A stretch of DNA of 64,000 nt. It comes from Paracoccaceae bacterium. Lineage in GTDB: Bacteria; Pseudomonadota; Alphaproteobacteria; Rhodobacterales; Rhodobacteraceae. The position numbers were made by a program, and so were the translations under genes. Location of the stretch: NCBI GenBank assembly GCA_002699695.2, contig PACC02000043.1:637-64636 (forward strand), written 5' to 3'. This document shows positions 1 through 10,461 of the stretch, one piece after another (within the stretch, counting starts at the first letter, position 1; each line of letters opens with the position of its first letter). The notes beneath the pieces were generated by a model. It did no database searches and had not been told where the DNA came from. It saw only the letters and a program-made list of their open reading frames with translations.

Positions 1-465
1 TTTTGACCCGACATTATCATATAATTCTTCTGCTTCACGCTTTTGGTTTTCAAAAGCTTTTTGGCTGGTAGCACCTACCAACATCCCATTTTTTTCCAAG
101 TCGCATTCTATTTTTTCATTTTTTATGAAATTGTAGAGATCATTTCGCGCTATAGTACCTTCTTCTATGAGTCTTTTTGCCAAATCCAATCCAAATCTTT
201 TTTTCAAAACCTTGAAACTTGGTTTAATTTTACCGCTCGTTATTCCTCCATTTCTGCTAGAAGCACCATAACCAGGCATTTTGGAATCGATAATGACCAC
301 TTTAAGATTTGCATACAAAAGAGTTAAAGCTGCGCTTAAACCCGTATATCCTGAGCCAACAACAACAACATCAGCATTTGATTGCCAATCTCTTTCTTGA
401 ATTGGGGAAGGTTTTGCATGGAGCCACCAATAGGGTTCAAATGTAATCTCTTGATTTGGTTTCAT
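1..465 (-). CDS. FAD-dependent oxidoreductase (PuuB/DadA-like), runs off the window edge
   Basis: Not in the ORF track. Translated by hand from ATG at 465: MKPNQEITFEPYWW...DVVVVGSGYTGLSAA (GxGxxG) and GYGASSRNGG, typical of DAO-family oxidoreductases. Confidence 0.85.
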   Translation of the reverse strand, partial: MKPNQEITFEPYWWLHAKPSPIQERDWQSNADVVVVGSGYTGLSAALTLLYANLKVVIIDSKMPGYGASSRNGGITSGKIKPSFKVLKKRFGLDLAKRLIEEGTIARNDLYNFIKNEKIECDLEKNGMLVGATSQKAFENQKREAEELYDNVGSK

Positions 466-597
466 TATCAGAAGTTTATAAATTTTTAAGGTTTGACCCA
501 TCCTATTAGGGTTTTTTGTTCGGAAATGATAGAATGGGAAAAGTCATGTAGTCAAATTTATTTGGTAGTTTTCAAAATATTACTTTAGGAAAGGACT

Positions 598-1521
598 ATG
601 TTTAAATATCTGAAATTAAGAAAGAAGAATGAGGCTTCTTTAGCAAAAGCAATATTACTTGTACTTTTAGGACTTTTTCTTTTGGATATTATGGGAGTAA
701 TCATCAAGTTTATGGGCGAAAAATATTCTGTCTTGCAATACGCTGTAGCTCGAAATGGTTTTGGTTTGTTACCGGTTCTAGTTTTTTTGTTTTATTCTTT
801 TGGGTTTAAAAAGGATAGCGGGCGATTTAATTTAAGAGATAAGGCCATATCGATAAGTAGAGGTTTAAGTATCGTTTTTGCTCAATTTTTCTTTTACCTT
901 TCGCTCATGAAACTTGAGTTTGCGACGGCTACTACACTGGCTTTTGCCAGCCCTATATTCTTGACAGCATTATCCATTGCCATACTTGGAAATGTTGTGG
1001 GACCTTGGAGGTGGTTAGCTGTAGCGATGGGCTTTTTGGGTGTTGTCATAATCATTAGGCCCGGGTCGGATATTTTTACTTATGATGCCTTACTTCCTTT
1101 AGGTGCGGCCTTTGGGTATGCTCTTGCTGGTGTATTGGTAAAATTATTTCCAAAGGAAGTGCATACCGCTAAGATACAGTTCTATACTCAAATGACAACA
1201 TTGATTGCCACTATTTTTATAGCACTTGTAACATTTTCTTTTAGTTTCATAGAGTCCAGTACTGATTTATTTCTTTTGGCAGCCATGGGCATATCCGGTG
1301 GAGTGGGAGTTATATTATTGATCGCTGGTTACCGTATAACAGAACCAAGCATAATAGCACCTTTCGAGTATTTTGCTTTGCCAATATCTTTTGCCCTTGG
1401 GTGGATATTCTTTATGGAATGGCCCTTCGATAGATTGTTTCCCGGTATTTTGGGTATAGTCCTGGGAGGAATGATCATAGCATGGAGAGAAGGTAGAGCG
1501 CGGTATATTAGCGGTAATTGA
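598..1521 (+). CDS. DMT/EamA family transporter
   Basis: About 10 hydrophobic segments; FASPIF, IIIRPG and APFEY motifs. Confidence 0.9.
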   Translation: MFKYLKLRKKNEASLAKAILLVLLGLFLLDIMGVIIKFMGEKYSVLQYAVARNGFGLLPVLVFLFYSFGFKKDSGRFNLRDKAISISRGLSIVFAQFFFYLSLMKLEFATATTLAFASPIFLTALSIAILGNVVGPWRWLAVAMGFLGVVIIIRPGSDIFTYDALLPLGAAFGYALAGVLVKLFPKEVHTAKIQFYTQMTTLIATIFIALVTFSFSFIESSTDLFLLAAMGISGGVGVILLIAGYRITEPSIIAPFEYFALPISFALGWIFFMEWPFDRLFPGILGIVLGGMIIAWREGRARYISGN

Positions 1522-1617
1522 TTATTTCATCAGACAGATTTCTTTAAAGTCGAGACTCGTATAGATTTTAATTCTTTAATGCAACGAATTTGAGAGTTAG
1601 CTATTGTAAGAAAAATT

Positions 1618-2232
1618 TTATATTGACGTCAGTATTCCAAAAAATTCTGGAAATCCATCTAAGACCATTTTGGTCGATAAATAGACCAAAAAAATCAAAC
1701 CAAGCCACGATAACCATGAGTATCTAGTCAGTACATTCATAATAATTGTTGCAAAAAAGGCCATGAACATTATAGCCAAAACTAAACCAAAAATCAAAAG
1801 GGTAGTGTCTTCTCTAGCTATAGCAGCCACCGCTACAACATTATCTATCGACATTGAAACATCAGCTAAAGTAATTGTTACCAATGCACTGAATAGCTGT
1901 TTGGCAGGAGATCCTTGATATGATTTTTGATCAGAGCATACTTCTTTTTTGTCATTTAATTTTCCCTTAAGTTCCTTATAAAATCGCCAACAGACTAAAA
2001 ACAAAAGTAATCCACCAAAGAATAGGATACCGGGGATACTCAATAGAATTGACGCTATAGCTGCAAAAAATATCCTGAAAAAGGCTGCTAGAGCCATGCC
2101 GAGAAAAATCGCCCTTTTCCTAAGTTTTGGTGGTAAGCCTGAGGCTGCCATTCCAATAATAAGGGCGTTATCTCCTGACAAAATTAGGTCAGCAAAAATA
2201 ATCTGGATGATATTTGCAAACTGTTCGGTCAT
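1618..2232 (-). CDS. TerC/YjbE family integral membrane protein
   Basis: DLILSGDNA and ADVSMSIDNVVAVA TerC motifs. Confidence 0.9.
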   Translation of the reverse strand: MTEQFANIIQIIFADLILSGDNALIIGMAASGLPPKLRKRAIFLGMALAAFFRIFFAAIASILLSIPGILFFGGLLLFLVCWRFYKELKGKLNDKKEVCSDQKSYQGSPAKQLFSALVTITLADVSMSIDNVVAVAAIAREDTTLLIFGLVLAIMFMAFFATIIMNVLTRYSWLSWLGLIFLVYLSTKMVLDGFPEFFGILTSI

Positions 2233-2305
2233 TTACCTTTTTTGAAAGATTTTTGTTTTTTGTTGGCCCTTATATTATTATTTCAATAATCCGCATAAGG
2301 TTTTC

Positions 2306-3355
2306 CTAAAAGCATTTCAACTCTGGATTTTTTGGTTTTACAGCTTTTCCAATTTTGGCTGATAATTTGATAGCTTCGATCACCAACAAAGTTTTTAATC
2401 CATCCTCTCCAGAGCAAACCGGTTCCTCCTTACCTTGCACCACTGAAATAAAATTGTTCAATTGTGCCGACAGCGGCTGATTTATATTGTTGTCCGTTGG
2501 ACTTTGATTAGATTGAATAGGTTCCCACCAACTTCTTTCATTCAAGCTTTTCCATGACTTCAACTTAGGTAACTCTAGTGATCCATGAGTCCCACCAATC
2601 CAATAGCAGGATTCTTTTTGATTAGGATAAATAGGATTTTCACCTGACGTATGTTCCCAGCTCCACGGCGCCACGATGGTATCTGAAATAGATAATGTGC
2701 CAATGGTTCCATTTTTAAACCTTAGGCTCACTACAGCCGAATCTTCCACTTTCCCTTTTCTATTGGCATTTGATTCGAAACTGTGAACACTCTCTATTTC
2801 TCCAATAAGATATCGCATAAGGTCAATGTCATGAGTTAAGTTTATAAGAACAGGTCCACCGCTAATACTTTTTCGCCAGGAATTAAAATAATCATTAGGC
2901 TTAAACAACCAACACATAGAGTGGCTAGTAACTAGGCGTCCTAATTGACCTGAATCGATTGTATCTTTTGCCTCCCTTATTATTTTATTGTGCCTACGGT
3001 GATGACCAGTTAAGAGGTGGACATTTTTCTTCTTAGCACATTGTACCAGGGATAGAGCACTTTCAGAATCTGATGAGAGTGGTTTCTCAACAAGAATGGG
3101 TATTCCCCGGTCAATGAAATCCAAAGCGTTTTCCACATGTATTGAGTTTGGTGTGGCTATTATGGCTCCATCAGGTATTTGAGTCATTAGTGCTTCTGTG
3201 ACGTTAGAAAAATGTGAAAAACCATTATTTTTGCAAAATTCTATGCTTTCATTACTTGGGTCTACAATGAAATCCAGCTCACACATCTTATTGTTTTGAA
3301 TTACCTGAATGTGTTGTCTACCAGCTAATCCAGCACCAATTACAGCTATTTTCAT
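2306..3355 (-). CDS. Gfo/Idh/MocA family oxidoreductase
   Basis: IAVIGAGLAG Rossmann motif, EKP, GGPVLINLTHDID; start set at the second Met (MKIAVIG). Confidence 0.9.
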   Translation of the reverse strand: MKIAVIGAGLAGRQHIQVIQNNKMCELDFIVDPSNESIEFCKNNGFSHFSNVTEALMTQIPDGAIIATPNSIHVENALDFIDRGIPILVEKPLSSDSESALSLVQCAKKKNVHLLTGHHRRHNKIIREAKDTIDSGQLGRLVTSHSMCWLFKPNDYFNSWRKSISGGPVLINLTHDIDLMRYLIGEIESVHSFESNANRKGKVEDSAVVSLRFKNGTIGTLSISDTIVAPWSWEHTSGENPIYPNQKESCYWIGGTHGSLELPKLKSWKSLNERSWWEPIQSNQSPTDNNINQPLSAQLNNFISVVQGKEEPVCSGEDGLKTLLVIEAIKLSAKIGKAVKPKNPELKCF

Positions 3356-3531
3356 GTTTTCAAACCTCCAGGGTAACATTTATAATCGATGATCTTAGTT
3401 TCTTATGCGTTCTATCCTGAAAGCTCATTAGGATTAATTTTCATATTGTTTAAAATCAATTTTGAATACTTGGACTTGATAAGCTATAACCCCTCGAGGC
3501 TCAATCTGATTTAATTATTCGAAGAAGAAAT

Positions 3532-5040
3532 ATGAAAAGAAAAAAAACTATATATGATGTTTTTGTAATAGGCGGGGGGATCAATGGATGTGGCATTGCA
3601 AGAGATGCTACAGGAAGGGGATTAAAGGTTTGTTTAGCAGAAATGAGTGATCTGGGAAGTGGAACTTCCTCAGCATCGACTAAACTAATTCATGGAGGAC
3701 TTCGCTATTTAAGGTATTTTGATTTCAGATTAGTTAGAGAATCCCTGAAAGAGCGAGAAGTACTTCTTAAGAACATGCCACATATTTGTTGGCCGATGCG
3801 TTTCGTACTGCCAGCTCCAAAGGCTATGCTTCAGAAAATGGTCATCAGGTTGGGACTGTTCATCTACGATAATTTGGGAGGTCGTACTATTCTGCCAGGG
3901 ACCAAAACTATAAGAGCCAGGGATCCCAATCTAGGTACTATTTTAAGGAATAAGTTCTCTTCTGCATTTGTTTTTTCAGATTGTTGGGTTGAAGATGCAA
4001 GATTGGTGATACTGAATGCAGTTGATGCAAAAAAAAGAGGTGCTCAGGTATTAACCCATACAAAGGTAAAGAGCATAAAAAGAGAGGAAAAATATTGGAA
4101 AGTTACGACTGAGAGTAAAGTAGGAATTACTAAGGAATTTTTTTCATATTCAATTGTAAATGCAGCAGGACCATGGGTAAATGCTTTTAACAATAATATT
4201 TCAAAAGAGAATACTTCAATTCACTTGGTGAAAGGTAGCCATATTGTCGTCAAGAAAATGTTTGAACATAAAAATTCTTATTTTCTTTTGGGACAAGATG
4301 GAAGGATTATTTTTGTAATTCCTTTTCAGGAGGATTTCACTCTAATTGGAACTACAGAAAAGCCCCATGATGATATATCTCGGGAACCAACTTGTTCAAA
4401 AGAAGAGAAGAAATATTTGATTGAATTCGCCAATAGTTACTTTAATTCGAATTTAGACTTGGAAAGCGTTGTTTGGAGCTATTCGGGAGTTAGATCACTT
4501 TACAAAAATTTGACCGATAACCAAGGTTCAATGTCCTCCATTACTCGTGATTACATGCTACATGTGGAATTAATTAATGAGCTGCCCATTCTGACTGTTT
4601 ATGGTGGAAAATTAACTACATATCGCAAATTAGCAGAAAATGTACTTTTCAAAATGAAGTCTTATTTTCCAAAGATGGGAGAATCTTGGACCTCAGAAGA
4701 ACCGCTCCCAGGAGGAAACTTTAAACTAAATGAAAAAGCTCGTCTTGTTAAAGAGCTGCGAGAAAAGTATTCTTTCTTGGACGAAAAGTGGTCAACTAGA
4801 TTGATAAATAGTTACGGCACTCTTTGCGACGGTTTACTAGGAGATTCCAAGACTAAGGAAGATCTGGGCATCGATTTTGGTCATTCATTGACTGAAAAAG
4901 AAGTTAAGTGGTTAATCGAGAAGGAGTTTGCTAGTTGTGAGGAAGACATACTTTGGAGAAGAACGAAGTTAGGCCTGAGATTTACTAAAAAGCAAGAAAA
5001 AAAATTATCTGAATGGTTCCAAAACAATCTCTCAATGTAA
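3532..5040 (+). CDS. glpD: FAD-dependent glycerol-3-phosphate dehydrogenase
   Basis: [50 protein letters not shown]. Confidence 0.96.
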   Translation: MKRKKTIYDVFVIGGGINGCGIARDATGRGLKVCLAEMSDLGSGTSSASTKLIHGGLRYLRYFDFRLVRESLKEREVLLKNMPHICWPMRFVLPAPKAMLQKMVIRLGLFIYDNLGGRTILPGTKTIRARDPNLGTILRNKFSSAFVFSDCWVEDARLVILNAVDAKKRGAQVLTHTKVKSIKREEKYWKVTTESKVGITKEFFSYSIVNAAGPWVNAFNNNISKENTSIHLVKGSHIVVKKMFEHKNSYFLLGQDGRIIFVIPFQEDFTLIGTTEKPHDDISREPTCSKEEKKYLIEFANSYFNSNLDLESVVWSYSGVRSLYKNLTDNQGSMSSITRDYMLHVELINELPILTVYGGKLTTYRKLAENVLFKMKSYFPKMGESWTSEEPLPGGNFKLNEKARLVKELREKYSFLDEKWSTRLINSYGTLCDGLLGDSKTKEDLGIDFGHSLTEKEVKWLIEKEFASCEEDILWRRTKLGLRFTKKQEKKLSEWFQNNLSM

Positions 5041-5066
5041 CTATTATAAAAATTGGAGAAGCAAGA

Positions 5067-6548
5067 ATGTCTTACATAGTCGCAATTGATCAAGGAACCA
5101 CTTCAACTAGGTCTATCTTATTTGATAGAAATATGAAGGCAGTAAGTGTATCTCAGAGAGAATTTAAACAATATTTTCCTAAATCAGGATGGGTGGAACA
5201 CGACCCTAATGATCTATGGAACACAACAGTACTGACATTTAAGGAAATTTTGGAAAAATCAGGCCTTTCTGCGGGGAAGGTTGCTGCAATAGGAATTACT
5301 AACCAAAGGGAAACCACATTAGTCTGGGATCGTAAAACAGGGCATTGCCTATCAAACGCAATAGTTTGGCAGGATAGGAGAACAAGTGAATTTTGCAAAG
5401 AATTAAGAGAGAAGTCTAATGAGGATATGATCATAAGAAAGACAGGTCTTTTGTTAGATCCTTATTTTTCTTCTACAAAGCTCAATTGGTTATTGAATAA
5501 TATTCCAGATGGAATGGCTAGAGCAAAAAATAGAGAGTTAATTTTTGGTACTGTAGACACATATTTGATCTGGAAATTAACTGGAGGGCGTTCGCACGTT
5601 ACAGACGCCACTAATGCAGCGAGAACAATGTTGTTCAATATCCAGGATAATCATTGGGATGAGGAAATTTGTGATTTAATGGATGTACCAGTGAGCATGC
5701 TGCCAAAAGTTTTAGATTGTTCGGACAATTTTGGTGAAGTAGATGAAAGTATTTTTGGTGCAAGGATTCCAATCCTAGGGGTAGCTGGAGACCAGCAGGC
5801 CGCTACACTGGGTCAAGCCTGTTTTAAACCAGGTATGATAAAATCTACTTATGGGACGGGTTGTTTTTCTCTCATTAATACAGGAGCTCAAATGATTAAG
5901 AGTACTAATAAGATGTTAACCACCATAGCATACAGACTTGATGGTAAAACAACTTATGCTTTGGAAGGATCTATTTTTGTGGCAGGTGCAGTGGTACAGT
6001 GGTTACGAGATGAAATGAAATTCCTAAGAGCTGCTGAAGAAAGTGATGATTTTGCTACAGCCGCTGACCCAGATCAACGAATATATTTTGTTCCTGCCTT
6101 CACCGGATTAGGAGCACCATATTGGAATCCAGATGTAAGAGGTGCTATTTTTGGTCTAAATAGGAATACGGGACCAGAGGAATTAGTTAAATCTGCTCTT
6201 GAAAGTATTGCTTACCAGTCTTTAGATCTCATAAAAGCAATGAAATCAGATTTTAGATCTTCAAAAGAGGATATTGTATTGAGAGTGGATGGTGGTATGG
6301 CGGCATCCGATTGGACTATGCAGTATTTATCTAACATCATTCAAGCACCAGTCGATCGTCCAAAGTTTCTTGAAACGACCGCCTTAGGGGTAGCTTGGTT
6401 AGCAGGGATGAAGACTGGTATTTATCCAGATAAGTTGGGTTTCTCAAAGCAATTGGAGACTGACAAAAGATTTACTCCTAATCTTCCACCAAAAGATGCT
6501 GATTCTTTATATAAAGGATGGCAGCGGGCAGTTTCAAGCATTCTTTGA
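5067..6548 (+). CDS. glpK: glycerol kinase
   Basis: [45 protein letters not shown] Shine-Dalgarno (SD) before ATG 5067. Confidence 0.97.
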   Translation: MSYIVAIDQGTTSTRSILFDRNMKAVSVSQREFKQYFPKSGWVEHDPNDLWNTTVLTFKEILEKSGLSAGKVAAIGITNQRETTLVWDRKTGHCLSNAIVWQDRRTSEFCKELREKSNEDMIIRKTGLLLDPYFSSTKLNWLLNNIPDGMARAKNRELIFGTVDTYLIWKLTGGRSHVTDATNAARTMLFNIQDNHWDEEICDLMDVPVSMLPKVLDCSDNFGEVDESIFGARIPILGVAGDQQAATLGQACFKPGMIKSTYGTGCFSLINTGAQMIKSTNKMLTTIAYRLDGKTTYALEGSIFVAGAVVQWLRDEMKFLRAAEESDDFATAADPDQRIYFVPAFTGLGAPYWNPDVRGAIFGLNRNTGPEELVKSALESIAYQSLDLIKAMKSDFRSSKEDIVLRVDGGMAASDWTMQYLSNIIQAPVDRPKFLETTALGVAWLAGMKTGIYPDKLGFSKQLETDKRFTPNLPPKDADSLYKGWQRAVSSIL

Positions 6549-6916
6549 AAATCCTAAATAATCTTTTTTAATAATAAATTAGCAACTAATTAATTGGGTG
6601 TTTTTATTTCTCTTCCAAATATTTTTGAAAGAGCATGCCAATCATTTTTTAACAAAGATGGATTAAAAAAGTTGGAAATTTTAGTACTCCTTTTGGGATA
6701 TTCCCAATAAACTAGTCCAATACCCTAATTTTGAGTTGAAGGAATAATGAAAAGACATTAATGAATGACGTTGACTATAGGCTTTTTTTGCCCTCTTCTA
6801 GGAATACATGAGGACCTTTTCATGTTCATTACTAATTTAGTCCTTAGGTATAGGTTACTTGATAGTCTTCACTGAAAAACCACAAAATATGTTTTAACCA
6901 AAGTAGGGAGTTTCTT

Positions 6917-7690
6917 GTGTCTAAATTAGCATTGAAGGTTCAAGATTTGGTGAAACATTATGGTGGTCTCCAGGCTGTACGTGGCATTAGTTTTGAAGTT
7001 CCTGTTGGGGGAATATTTGGTCTTATTGGGCCTAATGGTGCTGGTAAAACAACCACATTCAACATGATTGCGGGATCTGAAATTCCAACTAGTGGGAAAA
7101 TTTTTTTATATGATTCAGATATAACAGGATTTTCCACTCATAAATTATATGAATTAGGGCTTATCAGAACTTTTCAATTAAGCCATGAGTACAAAAAAAT
7201 GACCGTTTTAGAGAATCTGATGGTAGCTGGTTCTAATCAGCTTGGAGAAAATATTTTTAGCACATGGTTTTCAAGTGAAAAGGTTAAGTTTCGAGAAAAA
7301 GAAGTATTTGAAAGAGCATTAGAAAGTTTGGAATTTCTGGGTTTGATCAAGTTAGCAGATGAATTAGCAGGAAATCTTTCTGGTGGTCAGAAAAAACTGT
7401 TGGAGCTTGGGCGAACGATGATGACAGATGCTAAGCTTGTTTTACTTGATGAGCCTGGTGCGGGAGTAAATCCAACTCTTATGTTGAAAATAATTGATAT
7501 GATAAGGCGATTGAACAAAGAGAGGGGTTACACATTTTGTATCATTGAACATGATATGGATTTGGTAGCAGACCTATGTCAAAAAATTGTAGTTTTGTCC
7601 GAGGGGCAAGTTCTTACTGAAGGAACAATGTCGGAAGTAAGAGATGATGATAGAGTTATTCAGGCTTATTTTGGAGGTGGAACAGGCTAA
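6917..7690 (+). CDS. HAAT (branched-chain amino acid-type) ABC transporter ATPase, LivG-like
   Basis: GPNGAGKTT, LSGGQ, LLDEP, IEHD; GTG start after AGGGAG. Confidence 0.92.
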   Translation: MSKLALKVQDLVKHYGGLQAVRGISFEVPVGGIFGLIGPNGAGKTTTFNMIAGSEIPTSGKIFLYDSDITGFSTHKLYELGLIRTFQLSHEYKKMTVLENLMVAGSNQLGENIFSTWFSSEKVKFREKEVFERALESLEFLGLIKLADELAGNLSGGQKKLLELGRTMMTDAKLVLLDEPGAGVNPTLMLKIIDMIRRLNKERGYTFCIIEHDMDLVADLCQKIVVLSEGQVLTEGTMSEVRDDDRVIQAYFGGGTG

Positions 7691-8415
7691 TGTTGCGAAA
7701 CAGAATTTTGGCTGTCGAAAATTTATTCGCTGGATATGGAGAGACAGAGATTCTTCATGATATAAATATTGAAGTTGCAGGTCATGAGATAGTTTCCATT
7801 ATTGGACCTAATGGTGCTGGTAAGTCCACTGTTATGAAGGCTATTCTTGGTATTTTAAATATTAATAGGGGTAGTATTTTTTTGGAATCAAAGCAAATCA
7901 CGGGGGTTAAACCAAGTGATGTAGTTAAATTAGGTGTTGGATATGTTCCACAGACAGACAATGTTTTTGTTAGTCTGACCGTACAGGAAAATCTTGAAAT
8001 GGGAGCTTGGACGCTGAGGTCTGGATTAGAAAATAAATTTGATGAGATGTATACGTTGTTTCCTGACTTGAGTGATAAAAGGTTCCAGGCAGCAGGCCAA
8101 CTATCAGGAGGACAAAGACAAATGGTAGCTATGGCGAAAGCGTTAATGCTGGACGCAAAAATTCTTCTCCTTGATGAGCCCACTGCCGGGTTGTCCCCAA
8201 AATTTAGACACGAGATTTTTAGCACTATCCAAAGGATTAACGAGAGTGGGATGCCTATATTAATGGTTGAGCAAAATGCGAAACAGGCATTACAAATTTC
8301 TCACAGAGGATATGTATTAGTTGATGGATCAAACAGGCACACTGGTACAGGAATAGGATTATCATCTGATCCTGAAGTTGCCAGGATGTTTTTGGGTTCA
8401 AGGGGATCGGTTTAA
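7690..8415 (+). CDS. HAAT ABC transporter ATPase, LivF-like
   Basis: GPNGAGKST, LSGGQRQM, LLDEPTAGLSP, VEQNA. Confidence 0.92.
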   Translation: MLRNRILAVENLFAGYGETEILHDINIEVAGHEIVSIIGPNGAGKSTVMKAILGILNINRGSIFLESKQITGVKPSDVVKLGVGYVPQTDNVFVSLTVQENLEMGAWTLRSGLENKFDEMYTLFPDLSDKRFQAAGQLSGGQRQMVAMAKALMLDAKILLLDEPTAGLSPKFRHEIFSTIQRINESGMPILMVEQNAKQALQISHRGYVLVDGSNRHTGTGIGLSSDPEVARMFLGSRGSV

Positions 8416-8416
8416 A

Positions 8417-9364
8417 ATGTGGGAAAGCTTTGGTTTTGAGTTCATTAATTTCTATTTTATTCCAGGATTAGTCCTAGGCTGCATTTATGCCCTTGGCGCT
8501 ATTGGTATTACGCTTACTTTTGGAATATTAAGATTCGCGAATTTTTCTCATGGCGAAATTATGATGACTAGCTCTTATTTGACTTGGGAATTCATTATGA
8601 TATTTACTTCTCTAGGAATCTTAGCTCATCCTCTTATTGGTGCCATTCCAGCAAGTATCTGTGCGATTTTATTAGCACTTTTTGTGGATAGATTTTTTTA
8701 TAAACCTTTTAGAAATGCTCCTACGATTATGATAGTGATTGCTAGTTTTGGTATGATGCTGATAATTCGAAGTATGGTTCAAGTGATTTGGGGACCTAAT
8801 CAGCTCACATTTGTAAAAGGTATTGCTAAGCCCAACGCATACATAAGGGATTTAACCGCCTCCTTTGATTTCATGCTATTAATACCCAACAAACATTTCT
8901 CCATTTTGATTGGAACTGTTTTGATCATGCTTTTGTTCAATTATCTTTTATCTAGTACAAAGATTGGGAAGGGAATGCGTGCGGTCTCAGATAACCCTGA
9001 TTTGGCTAAGGTATCTGGAATAGATGTTGAAAACATTATAAAGGCAACTTGGATAGTCGGTGGGTTTTGTGCAGCAGCAGCAGGTGTTTTCTTAGCTATG
9101 GATACACAGTTTATAGAAAGTACAATGGGTTTTCGAATGTTGCTGCCAATGTTTGCTGCTGCAATTCTAGGTGGAATTGGAAGACCCTTTGGTGCTGTTG
9201 CAGGGGGTCTTATAATAGGTTTGGCTGAAGAGTTGTCAGCTTACCCTTGGTTTGGGGATGGGCCAGTTATAAGTCCTGGTTATAAAAGTGGAGTGGCATT
9301 TTCTATTATGGTTTTGATGTTAATAATAAAACCGAGTGGCCTTTTTAAAGGAAAAGTGTTTTAG
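8417..9364 (+). CDS. HAAT ABC transporter permease, LivH-like
   Basis: YALGAIGITLTFG...NFSHGE, GKGMRAVSDN, AAILGGIG; start at ATG 8417. Confidence 0.92.
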   Translation: MWESFGFEFINFYFIPGLVLGCIYALGAIGITLTFGILRFANFSHGEIMMTSSYLTWEFIMIFTSLGILAHPLIGAIPASICAILLALFVDRFFYKPFRNAPTIMIVIASFGMMLIIRSMVQVIWGPNQLTFVKGIAKPNAYIRDLTASFDFMLLIPNKHFSILIGTVLIMLLFNYLLSSTKIGKGMRAVSDNPDLAKVSGIDVENIIKATWIVGGFCAAAAGVFLAMDTQFIESTMGFRMLLPMFAAAILGGIGRPFGAVAGGLIIGLAEELSAYPWFGDGPVISPGYKSGVAFSIMVLMLIIKPSGLFKGKVF

Positions 9365-9366
9365 GC

Positions 9367-10434
9367 ATGGATATAATTCTTGGATATTTTTTATATGGGA
9401 TGTCACTTTTAACGGTTGGGGGCATTTATGCTCTTCTTGCATTAGGGTTGAATGTGCAATGGGGATTTGCAGGTTTATTTAATGCGGGGATTGCCGGTTT
9501 TGCTGCAATAGGAGCTTATACTTATGCAATACTAACGACTGCTGAAAGTAAATTTCACTACGGGGGATTAGAATTGCCACTTTTGGTGGGTGATGTGATG
9601 GCCATGGTTCTTGCTGGGTTCATAGCAGGAGTAATAGGTTTAATATGTATCAGGTTGAGGGCGGATTATTTAGCAATAGCAACAATCGGCATTGCAGAGA
9701 TCATTAAATTAGTTTTAAAAAACGAGAGTGATATTACAAATGGACCCAGAGGTATTAATAAGATACCAAGGACATGGGAACATTTTTCGGAAGAACGATT
9801 TTATAGCAGCTTTCCGTTAAATGTCATTAATTCATCAGATAGTTGGCAAAGTTTTTTCGAGAGCATTGCTAGATGGTGGTGGCAACCTTTTTTTGCTGGA
9901 ACTATTATTCTTATAGTTTTATTCACATATTTTTTGCTCGAAAAATTACGAACTTCCCCTTGGGGAAGAATGATGACAGCAATTAGGGAAAATGAAATGG
10001 CTGCTGCAGCTGCAGGAAAAGATGTGACAAGGAGAAGGATCGAGGCTTTTATTTTAGGAGCCTTAATTATGGGTTTAGCTGGAGCTTTTCTGGGACAACA
10101 TTTGAGACTGATAGAGCCTACCCAGACATTTGATCCTAGTAAGATGACATTTTTAGTCTGGGTCATGTTAATAGCAGGAGGGTCTGGAAACAATAAAGGG
10201 GCCATTCTTGGAGCCTTCTTAATTTGGTTTGTTTGGTCTAGTAGTGAATTAGTTACTAATGGAATGATTGAAATACTTGCAAGTATCTTCGATAGCGTTG
10301 ATATTAGTATCTTAAAGAATCGCGCAGGATTTATAAGAATGCTTTTTATTGGTCTTTTGTTACAGATTATTCTGCAGCGTTATCCTAAAGGAATATTACC
10401 AGAAAAAAGACCCGCAGTTTCTGGTAAAATATGA
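9367..10434 (+). CDS. HAAT ABC transporter permease, LivM-like
   Basis: LGLNVQWGFAGLFNAG, RLRADYLAIATIG, SPWGR..AIRENE, GGSGNNKG. Confidence 0.92.
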   Translation: MDIILGYFLYGMSLLTVGGIYALLALGLNVQWGFAGLFNAGIAGFAAIGAYTYAILTTAESKFHYGGLELPLLVGDVMAMVLAGFIAGVIGLICIRLRADYLAIATIGIAEIIKLVLKNESDITNGPRGINKIPRTWEHFSEERFYSSFPLNVINSSDSWQSFFESIARWWWQPFFAGTIILIVLFTYFLLEKLRTSPWGRMMTAIRENEMAAAAAGKDVTRRRIEAFILGALIMGLAGAFLGQHLRLIEPTQTFDPSKMTFLVWVMLIAGGSGNNKGAILGAFLIWFVWSSSELVTNGMIEILASIFDSVDISILKNRAGFIRMLFIGLLLQIILQRYPKGILPEKRPAVSGKI

Positions 10435-10461
10435 AAGTTAGTGGGTTAAGGGAGATATCTT

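Noticed and set aside
43..327. 94-aa plus-strand ORF
   Set aside because: Antisense shadow of the minus-strand FAD oxidoreductase (1-465).
2233..2305. yybP-ykoY Mn riboswitch ahead of the TerC-family gene
   Set aside because: The spacer is only 73 nt, very AT-rich, and shows no recognisable aptamer helices.
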